DNA from: Hyphochytrium catenoides
Taxonomy: Eukaryota; Protista; Hyphochytriomycota
Direction: 5' to 3'
Length of the DNA: 64,000 nucleotides
Assembly: GCA_900088475.1 (NCBI GenBank)
Contig: FLMG01000277.1
Span: forward strand, 1-64,000
Position 1 is the first letter of the stretch; every line of letters starts with the position of its first letter. Below are positions 39,316-49,220 of this stretch, piece by piece. The translations under genes and the position numbers were made by a program. A model generated the notes under the pieces. That model did not search any database. It was not told the DNA's origin and was given only the letters and a program-made list of their open reading frames with translations.

Positions 39316-40156
39316 ATGTCTTTCAGCCTCCCAGCCCTTCCTTATGGCTATGACGCCCTCAATCCTCATGTGGATACCACGACCATGAACATCCACCACA
39401 CCAAGCACCACCAGGCTTACATCAACAAGCTCAATGAATGGCTCGATGTAAGCTCCGACCTTCAGTTTTCTTCTGAAGCTCTAGCTTTCTGACTCTTGTA
39501 TGTGCAGAAAAATTCGGAGCACAAGGGAAAGGATCTGGTGGATCTTGTGAAGAATGCCAACAGCCTCGCCGTCGCTGTGCGTAACCATGGGGGCGGACAT
39601 TATAACCACAGCTTGTTCTGGAACTTTATGGCACCTGTGGGAACATCCAATCCAGCTCCTCATGGCGAGGTACTTTTCCATTTCAGGAAGGTCGTGACAT
39701 GTGGGGCTGACCATGTCTTATGTCTGTCCAAAGCTCAAGGCAAAGATTGACCAGCAGTTCGGCAGCTTCGAGAAGATGAAAGAGCAATTTAATGCTGAGG
39801 CAGCTGCTAGGTTTGGCTCAGGCTGGGCTTGGCTTGGTGTCAAGTCAGATGGCTCCCTCCCAGTAACTTCCACCGCCAACCAAGGTATCGGATGAGCCTC
39901 CTATCTCGTAGAGAGAGTCCACTAATCGTTCTTTCCCCGCTGTACAATAGACAATCCTCTTATGGCCTCTATTGCTGACACGCCTGTCATCCCGATTTTG
40001 GGCCTTGATGTCTGGGAACATGCCTACTACCTGAAGTACCAGAATCGCAGACCAGAGTACATCAACGCCTTCTGGAATGTGGTGAACTGGGACAAGGTTG
40101 TCTCGTACTATGATGAGTACGCCAAGCATGGCAACCCTGTACCAGCGACTCTGTAA
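39316..40156 (+). CDS. Manganese-type superoxide dismutase with no evident targeting presequence, 4 exons
   Basis: [36 protein letters not shown]; [15 protein letters not shown]; RFGSGWAWL; TANQ/DNP; [23 protein letters not shown] and QDNP are Mn-type signatures. Confidence 0.96.
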
Positions 40157-40429
40157 TGCGTGAACACTACTGTTTTGAGCCACAGCGTTGTTCTCTCCTT
40201 CATGCCCAGTACTCATGAGCCATAGAGAACTATTGAATGCCTAAATAATATTTGATTACCCTTAGGAGCATTTCTGGGATAGCTAACTTGTCAGTATAAC
40301 AGCAAGAGGGATCGGGCGGTCCCTCGGGTTGGTCGACACTGACAGCAGCCTAATAAATGAAGCACCGCCCGATCTAAGACTAGGCGGTGAAATAGTGGAT
40401 ATAAAGGAAGCAGCCTAATGTGCCACCTA

Positions 40430-41568
40430 CTAATCATCATCAAGGTCATCCAAATCATCGTCTACGTCCTCAAGATAAAGGCTCTTCTCCACGCCCTCCG
40501 CAACCATCTCGACATCCACGAACTCGCCATCCTCCTAAAGCCAAAGTCAGCCAAGTCACGCTCTCGTAACAGATGAAGAGCTGGCTTACCTTCTTGTCCT
40601 CGGGTGGAGGTTCAACAAACTCGCTAAGATCATCTCCAACAGCCGCTTCGTCATCATTGAAGAGCGCAGCATTGCTTGTGAAAAGTAGCCTTCCACTGAT
40701 ACCCTTAGCCCCTACTCCCTTCTTTCCTGCGGCCTTCAGAGCTTCGGCATCTCTTCGTTTTTGTCTCTCTTCCTTCCACTTCTTGAATGTCTCCTCCGTG
40801 ACCGGGACACCCTTCTTACGATCAATTTTGGATCGCTAGAGGAATATTTTAGCCGCGGTTTTCTCCTGTTAACAGGTTACAATCTCCTACCGCTTCATCG
40901 ATCCTCTCCTCAATAGTTAGGCTTGCTAACCGCTTTTGCTCTGCCTTGCGAGCTTCTTCCTCAGCTTTCTTCTTCTTCTCAGCTTCTTCCTTCTCTTTAT
41001 CTTTCTGTGGATAGATCGCAAGGGTAAGACGAAAGGGGGCCCCATGACCTTTTAGTGTCTAAGAGATACTGAAGTTTCGCTGCAACTGGGGCAGTGCTCG
41101 GTGTAGGTTCACACCAAGAACTGTTGTAAAGGCAGTCCGTTGCTATCGCATCAAGGTATTGTGAAGCCAGAAGAACATCGGAATCGATCCTTGGCTAGAC
41201 GACTGATGCAAACCACTCTTCTTCGTTTCAAAGCCTAACGCGAACCATATACGGAAGACCGACCTTGGTTACTAGGGCACTGAACAGTGCGCGCATTTCC
41301 TCTTCTTCTTTCCTCTTAGCTTCCTTAGCGGCCTTCTTATCCTAGAGACCAGAGGCGCAATAATGTCAATTACAGGATAATCTCGAACATCGTCTCAAGG
41401 TCGAGAGCTTACCCCAGCCCTTCCAGGTCCTTGAATGTTAGCTTTGACTGTCTGAACATACTTCTGAACAGCCTTACTCTTGCCTTTGTTTTTAAGGCCA
41501 AAGGTTTTGTCCTCAACCTTCTTCTCCTTCTTCTTCTGTTCTGCCTTTTTTGAAGCTTTGGGCGGCAT
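40430..41568 (-). CDS. ZC3H15/Tma46 (DFRP1)-like DRG GTPase partner lacking the CCCH zinc fingers, 5 exons
   Basis: MPPKASKK..KKVEDKTFGLKNKGKSKAVQKYVQ (Tma46/ZC3H15 N-terminus); LTIEERIDEA/RSKI...PVTEETFKKWK; ISGRLLF...LFNDDE (DFRP domain); acidic tail SLYLEDVDDDLDDLDD*. Confidence 0.88.
41072..41212 (-). ncRNA. Probable intronic box H/ACA snoRNA (AAA variant of the ACA box)
   Basis: Sense strand of intron 41005-41263. Hairpin 1 closed by GCAUCA/UGAUGC; H box AUAGCA (41146-41141). Hairpin 2: CUGC-[CUUUACAA]-CAGUUCUUGGUGU..ACACCGAGCACUG-[CCCCAGUU]-GCAG; AAA starts 14 nt after the start of the 3' pocket. Pockets are complementary to LSU-like AAC(U)GGGG-UA-UUGUAA(A)G. Confidence 0.7.
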
Positions 41569-42400
41569 CTTTTGCCCAGGATACTGGGGCCTCGTTCAAG
41601 GCCCCCACCACTAAGTCTCCAACTCTTCTATGTATCTCTGTCGGTGGCTATACCGTCCACACAATTGCTGATACTGCAGATTATAGTTCTAATAGAGCAT
41701 CTGCAGTCTTCAGAATTGCGCAACAAGGCAGAAAGTCGATGGCGCCGCGGATCAGAGGAGACTTTCCCTTTTGTGTGGTTCGTGAAATTGGCATCAACAC
41801 CCAAATGCGAAGCCCCTCAACGGCACTACTACTACAACAAAATCATAGAACCACTGAGAATTAGGGTACTGCTTGAGGGCGTATTATTACAGGTCCCATG
41901 AGGCCAGGTGATAATCTCCACGAGATCAAAAAGAGTGATAACTATCTAGGTTCTAGTGTCATGGCTGATCCGATCTGTTGGAGATCAACAAGGCCCTTCT
42001 TTCTGGGTTTACGGAATGAAGTGAGTAGTAATAGTCGTAGTGAATGAGTGACAGCTCAATACATATATACGCGGCAGATCGGTAATAATAATGTGCAAAC
42101 GGTGGTGAGTCGAAAGGTTGTGTCATCAGTTCATCGGTCCCATCGACCGAGTGGCGGCAACCTTGAGCAGCGGCCAGGCGCACACAGCTCCTGCGCACTC
42201 GAGGCACAGCGACGATCGTACTAAAGTCTTCGCGCCGGCAACAAACAGCCAAGTTGGACGAGCACTGCTTCTACGCACTCTCACAGAGACTGAAGTAGAC
42301 GAGTCTAGAGGGCGTCTCATAGCGTCGCCAGCGCATGTTTCATTGGTATATCGCATACGCCGTTCTTATAAAAACTTCTTCCCGTAACTGCAAGAGGAAG

Positions 42401-43317
42401 ATGAAGCTAGGCAACGCCTTTCTGTCAAGCGTCCTCCTGGTGCTGGCAACTTTTGCTAGCCTGAATTCAGGTTCAAAGTCGGTTGCAGTTCACCGCTGTA
42501 TCGGCTGTAGCGAGTCAGAGGCAGTTCCCGACCTTCAAGAAGGATGTGACGGCCTATCTGGCGGTGGGTCTTTCTCGTGACAGTACCTTGCCTAAATCCT
42601 TCATATTGCTCACCATGTACATCACCTTTAGCATGTCGAACCTCAATGAAGCATCAACATTCCAGACAGCATAAGAGCCAAGCTAGGCTGTTTCAGTCCA
42701 AGGTGGCATCAACCCCTGCGCATGAAGCTGGGGACGACCCTAGAATCCTGTCAAGCGCAGATAGCCCTGCCCCTCCGCCTTTCACACCACCTGATGAGTT
42801 CTGCCCGCAGTGCTCCGCTGCTGCACCGTGCGTTGAAGTCGCTGGCAGTGGATACAAATGCGTTCCACCCCACACCGCCACGGACCATGTGGGCGTAAAG
42901 GGACCAAAGGGATCTAAGTTCTACTACTGCCCAGGCACAGCTTACTGTTGCAACGCCAACTGCACTCTCTCTATGACTTTGTGCAAGGCAAGTCGCTACC
43001 AAGATATCTGGACGGACAACCACTGCACCTTGCGATGCAACAACGTGGGGGACATAACCGACTCGATATGTCCGCCCTCAAAATGCTATTGCGGTGAATA
43101 TCACACATCTTCTACCGCCATGAACAACATAGTGAGGCCTACCGAAGGGCAGGAGGAGGAAGGGTTGGGCCCTGGGGCCATTGCAGGTATCGTTATTGCG
43201 TGCATCGCTGTCGCACTGGCGGCTGTCGCAATGGCGTATCACTTCTATCAGAAACGCCACCGCCCTGCAGTGGACGACGAGATGAGTCAGGATGAGGGTG
43301 ACTACACTGAAATGTAG
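42401..43317 (+). CDS. Type I single-pass membrane protein with a Cys-rich ectodomain and YxxPhi tail
   Basis: Signal-peptide-like MKLGNAFLSSVLLVLATFASLNSG; probable intron GTGGGT...TTTAG; more than 12 Cys in the ectodomain; TM GLGPGAIAGIVIACIAVALAAVAMAYHFY; tail ends DEGDYTEM*. Confidence 0.8.
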
Positions 43318-43903
43318 GGCGTCCCCAATATCAGAGCAGCTTCTAGGGAGCAGCTTAGCGAAGGCCACTTCGCTGAACAGGCAGCTAGATGTTGCCATAG
43401 TCTCTCCACCACACAGGAACCTCTCCAGGTGCTGCCATAAGTGTTTGGGACAGTTTAGGACAGTTTACTATAGTCCTCAATCAAGTTGCGTGGCAGCAGC
43501 AGTTTTCAGAATTTGCAAAGATTAGAACGAAAAGGAAGTGCAACTAATAGTGTCGTGTCCCAGTCTGTGTTACAGTGCATGGTGGCCTCTTCGTACAAAG
43601 CCAAACCTTCAATTGAACCGATCTGCATGCGGGCCAGTGCTTTGTCTGCTGATGACTTTTCCGGGCAGGCTACTTACCACTTTGGATACCGTCCATGTTT
43701 AACCGTCATAGTCATAGTTGCTGCATACTCTGAAGATGCGAAGTAGCCTGAGAAGATGGGCCATCTTCCTCTACGTGGCCTTGCACTGATCGGTGACTCT
43801 CAGGTCCCTCTGACTGGCCTGCTGCAGTCTGCTCCGCGTATCATGGAGCACATCGCGTCCGCTGCTCCTGCAGTCTCTCAGAAATCCGTCTTGACAATGT
43901 GCC

Positions 43904-44732
43904 ACGGCCAGGCAAGTTGGTGACCGTTAGAGGTCTTATTTGCCGAGATGCCGCCGATCGCTACAACTCTCAGTCAGAGATTTCCAGATTGTTGACAGAG
44001 ATTCTATGGGTATGGCTTCACATGTTTCGCATGCAGTCTCACCGTCCGTAGTGCTTCCTTTTCTTCTCGCTGTGCCATCTCTGGATAAGCTATAAGCTCC
44101 TTGAATCTTCTCGCTGGGCCATCTTGGATATGCACGTGTTTTAATTTAAGGAGCTTATCCAGAGAAGAGATGGCACAGCGAGGAGAAGAAGAGGAAGCAC
44201 TACGGACGGGTCCAAGTGCATGCAAAACGTCTGAAGCTATACCCAAGAGGGAATGATGATCGAGAAGGTGCTCCTCTACCCTCGGCTTCTATTGTTCCTG
44301 CTGGTATTGGTGGAGGATCGTCTTGATCTTCATTTGAGCGAGGGTGAGATCTCAATCACATCGCACTCCAAGAATATCTTGGCACTTGTATGTTCTTTGG
44401 GTGGAATAATGAATTTTCATCCGAGGTCTCGGTCGACCCCAGAACTGTGATGCCAGACCCACAGTTTCCCATCTAATACAGTTTTTAGAGTAGGAATAGT
44501 TAGTGCCACGTGCCAACAGAGAGACAATGAGTGATTGATGATCGAGAGTTGAACGGTTGTTATGATATGAGAGCCTCATTATTTTGCCAGATTGTCAAAA
44601 TGAGTGCTCCATAGCTTAGTGGTGGGGATGTACGGCCAGGCAAAGTTGCTGATCGGTAGAGGTCTTATTGCCGAGAAGTCGCGGGTCGTTACAACTCTTA
44701 GTCAGAGATTTCCAGATTGAGACAGAGACTCT
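43904..44732 (+). repeat. Pair of ~100-bp diverged direct repeats (43904-44005 and 44632-44732); possible TRIM/LTR relic
   Basis: About 85% identity by hand alignment. Purine-rich GTGGTGGGGA then TGT precedes copy 2. Confidence 0.75.
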
Positions 44733-45202
44733 GGATTGATATTCAAAGCTTCAATAGATTGAGAGTTCTGACGAATAAAGACCTTGAACTCCGAATCTAC
44801 CGGGGCTTGCACGAATGGAACTTGGAACTATCAAATGCAAGCTTCCAACACGGTTTTTGGAGCCAATGTAAAGTATGCTTTATTGACAACGTAGCATTGA
44901 CGATGGAGCTGTACATAGTACACCGTAAATAAACTGATGTCAATCTTGACGCCAAAAACATGAAAGAGCATAGTCCCCAAATCTTTCTGAAGATTCTGCT
45001 GCCTTGGCGCATCATCATCAGACCTTCTCGAAGCAAAGCATCCGAGGCTTCTTGACTCTCTGCACGCCGTTGCGGCAACCTGGTGCTCACAGCATCAAGT
45101 GGTGATGCCTACATTCTCTTCCTTTGTCTCCAGAGCTTGACCCGCTCCATTGGCAACCGCCCTTCCGGGTACAAGGGCATTGCAGACTATGTTACTCTGA
45201 CC

Positions 45203-48200
45203 ATGCTTGGGGCAGAACATAACAAGGTGAACCATAACGCTGCAATAAGCTCGCAGGGACTGGATTCCAGTGCCATTGGTCGGTGGCGAGATGCGCTAGT
45301 AATGCAGAATGTTGGTTCGTATGGGACTGCTAAGGGAAGGGCAGCAATTCCAGCCTCAATAGAACCAGGTGCTATTCTGGGGGAAGTCGAGAGAGTACTG
45401 CTAAGAAGACAGACGCCAGGGGCTACTCTCTCATGGACCATTAGCCGACAGGTAGAGGCCCTTCAAGCGGTTGAGAAGATTGGCCAGGCTTGTCTGAAGC
45501 AAACAGAGCCCAGCAGTACTTCTGAAGCCGATCAGATCCTGACCAGAGCTATTACCTTGCTAATTGACGTCTTCCTTGATGGCCACACCCCTAACCTAGT
45601 CAGAGCAGAAGCTTTGCGTCTGGTCAGAAACCTCTATAATGCTGGTTTCGCTGACCAACTGCCAGAAAAATTGCTGGAGGTGAAGCTCCGGCAGGTTGCC
45701 ACTGCCATTGAAACGTCACGAAGTGTGCCAGCGCCTGGAGTACACAAGGTCAAGTCCGAACAAAATGTAGGCCTCGACATCTTCCTTTGGGACCCGATAG
45801 CAAGAGGATTAGCCCTCAAACTCCTCACGATCCTACTTTGTGGAGCGAAGGGAGCTGGAAAGGAAGTGGTGATCAAGCTGTTGCTCTCTTCCTTGAAGTC
45901 TAAATCCGTAGAAGAGCGACAAGCAGCGGCCGAAAGCTCTATAGAGTTTGTTCAGAGGTTTCCAGACTCTGCTGATGTGCTCGTCTCCCATGTGGAAGGG
46001 TTACTTAGTGGACCCATCATCCCAAGCCTGGCGGACGAAATCTGGTGCTTCAAGCTGCTTCGGCAGGCAGTGAAAGGAATGTCGCTGCCTAGGACAGACA
46101 ATTTGGCCATCCCTTCGCGCGCAATGCACCAATGCCGCCAGGCGGTTGGTAGGGTTGATCTGCCGGTGCAGCTGGAATTAGTCGTGACTGTAGCCGTTAT
46201 TGCTCAATGCTCTCATCCTCATGCAAATGAAGCGCTTGCATTCATGATACACGTACTTCGGGCATCGCCATATCTCGATGTTAAGATCCAAGCCCTCGTG
46301 GCTACAGGCATCCTCGCGGACGTACGGAGGAATGTACCGACCAGTGTTATGGAGTTATTGAAACAGAGCTCCGGACAAATCGTGGAGATAGTGCAGCTCT
46401 TTACTCAACAGACCTATTGGAAGCCGCTACTCTCCTCCTCTTTGCGTCTCATAGGGCGATTGCTCACACTCCAAGCTTCGCAGCCATTGCAGCCAGATGG
46501 TAAGCTCTGCTCTTGGACGCAGTCACAGGCGTTTCAGTCTTTTCTTTGCTCTATCGTTCAGCCAGCTTCGAGACACCGCAATGTCCACATCGCCGTCGAA
46601 GCAGTCTCTCTACTGGCGTCATATAGCCGACTTTCTCTCCGTCTCCAGCGCTCTTCCTCTCTGCTTAAAGGAGAAGAGAAGCCTGTGCTGTGGATAATGC
46701 AAGTCTTGCAGGAGGTAGTGACCTTGAAGGACGGGCGCTATGCAAAGGAGGGTTACCTCCCTTTTCTTAATGCCCTGTGTCGCTCGGTGTCCACGCTTGC
46801 TGGAGAGTCCCGGGTCAGGAAGGAGGAGCAAAGCACCCTTTTTGTACTCTCCGTGCAGCTCTTGGAGAAGACGGTGGTGCTCTGGCATATGGAACAGGTA
46901 GCTCTCATGGTAAAGCGTCTAGCCTTCTACCTCGATCAGCAGGACTTGGTGGGCAAGGAAGACGGGATCAAGCAAATCCTCTTCTCTCTTCTAAGTCAGC
47001 ACGGCGTGTCCTCTAATCCACGCTGTAGTGTACCTATCTATAGCGTTCTCTTCCGTTTGCAAGCCCATAGGCGGGCCGTGCTAGAAAGAGAGCTCATTCA
47101 TCGAGGCCTCCCTTCTCCATCTGCCGGAGAAGTGAATTGGACCATTTACCTGACAGCTCTCAGCGCCATGGAAGAAGGATATCACTCTCTTGCCACCGTT
47201 CTATTAGGCAGACTTTCTAGGCTACCGCTTCACCGCTGCTATCGCCTGTGGATCAGTGCGCTTTATCACCTGAGCCTAGGCGAGAGAGCTGCCTGTAGCT
47301 TGGATGTGTCCTCATCCTTAGAAATGGAGAACCACATTGGCAGCACTGACCCTTTGACGAATTACCAAGCCTCACTCAACCACATCCTCACCTCGGAAAC
47401 AACAGCCAATCCCTTCGATTTTCAAAAGTCCTGGCTTCAGCTTAGGATTTTACTGGACCAGGTTTTGGCGACCCTCTTCCACGCCCTGAGAGCAGCGTTG
47501 GTTACCGAGCAGCTGCTTCACAAAGCCAAGGTATGGGACGATACACAGTTCGAGGAATAGTACAGGCTGATGTGGTCGCATGTACATCTCTCCGTGCTTC
47601 TTAGTAGTAGTGCTCTCTTCTTCCGCTGTTCTCTTTACCCTATTTCAGTTCTTTAACGACCATTCCACGGGTAACCGTGCCTGATGTTGTCAACCTTGCT
47701 CTCCTTTTCATCAGGCGATTCTCTCTCTTACCCACATTCTGCATAGCTGCCTAGTTTACCTTGCAATGAACCAGATCAGACTTTCACCAGTTTCTATGTA
47801 GGTGAAGTCCCTTAGACAACAGCTGAGAGAAGGTGAGAGGGCACTTGGTACCCTCTGTCAGCTATGCTTCCTTCCACGTGCCAAGATAACTCTCGGCGTT
47901 CTTCTGGGACTGTATGATGTCTTCTATTTATGCAGCAGTGCCGTCAACGTCTACTGCTGCCTTGCAGAGTCAGGGACAGATAATCCAGACCCTAGGAGAA
48001 TTCAAGAAGATAATGTCAGGCAGGACATTGCTTCCTCACCTGGAGACATTAGAAGCTATCTTCTAGACATTGAGGACGATGCAAGAACCTGCAGAACACC
48101 GGGTCGCGGTTGTCTGTCTAGCCTTTTGGAGCTCCTTGAAGCAGTGAGAGCTGCCCCACAACGTGTCCCGAAGGGATTCTTCTCCCTGTCGTCATCCTTC

Positions 48201-48848
48201 CTACCAAACATTCCTTTCAGCATCAAACTCTACTCATCCCCCTCCCTTAGCAGCCAGCTGCAGCTCTCCAAGACAGTTAAAGTCTCAGACTCAGCGCAAT
48301 TAGGGCATCACCTTCTCTTGCAGGTGACCGGACAGTATCCCGAACTTCCGCCTTACGTTCAGGAACGCGTAAGGGCCATCGCAGTCAGAGTCAGCATATC
48401 AAGCGAAGGTATCGTTTTTTAACGCCTACTCCGCCTATCTTATCGCTTCTTGGATGCTTCTGTCTCCTCCCTTCCTTCCTTTACTTTAATGGCTGCCTTC
48501 CAGGCCAGCCTTTGTCCCTCGCTTCCCTTGTATATGCACTTGTACATTGATAGCACACGAACTGAGGCTCTGCCTATACACTATCTTACCATAAACGACA
48601 CGACAGATGATACAGTCGAAAGCACCGCAGGAAGACGTCCCATGGCACAATGGAAGAAGAAGAAAGGGTTGCTCATGGACTCGGAGACATCATTCTCTCT
48701 CATAGTGGCAAGTCCAGTTCCGCTCGGCAAACGAGTCCCCATTCCAGGCAGTTACCTAGTCTCCGTTCGGTTGGACATTCTCGACAATAAGGGAAGGCAA
48801 TGGGCCTCATACCCTGGCCAAGTACAGCAGAGACTACGCTTATCATAG
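45203..48848 (+). CDS. INTS7: Integrator complex subunit 7 (ARM/HEAT solenoid plus C-terminal beta domain)
   Basis: LIDVFLDG..NLVR; DPIARGLALKLL (cf. INTS7 DPVARAITLRML); SLKSKSVEERQAAAESSIEF (cf. SLDSHDNVEVEAAVFAAANF); NWTIYLTALSAMEEGYH..YRLWISAL; FDFQKSWLQLR; SIKLYSSPS..LLLQVTG; ILDNKGRQW. Compared from memory; start codon uncertain. Confidence 0.8.
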
Positions 48849-49220
48849 GAGCAATTGGGAATGATTTGGAACCCGTGTCGAGCAAGGCGAAGAGCGGTGC
48901 TTGAACAATAGGTAACAGACTTCAGGAGAAACTACTAGAGGCAAAAAGAGCTTGAAGCCAGGGCTAAGGAGTCATGAAGATTGCTGGCCTTGCACTTTTT
49001 CTGTGTAGCTATGGGCAGAACTGGTGATCTTGCTTTGCTGAGGTTTTTGGACTTAGCAACAGAGGCGCAGGTTTCAGATCGGAAAGGGCCTACCAATTAG
49101 GTAGAAGACTCAAAGGGCGTTGAATTTGGCATGATCACTCTTTGACTGCTGAGAGTAAATATATTTATAGCTCTGAGACAGAGAAAGGAAGAAAGAGAGC
49201 GCAGCAGATGTTAATGCTAG

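Noticed and set aside
41080-41125. Cobalamin riboswitch-like words (GGTG..ACTGCCCC) on the minus strand, tempting because MUT is nearby
   Set aside because: It lacks the GGGAA, the T-loop GAATCC and the B12-box core. The sequence fits an H/ACA hairpin better.
44605-44680. tRNA-like start GCTCCATAGCTTAGTGGT
   Set aside because: No B box/T-loop and no cloverleaf, so not a tRNA gene.
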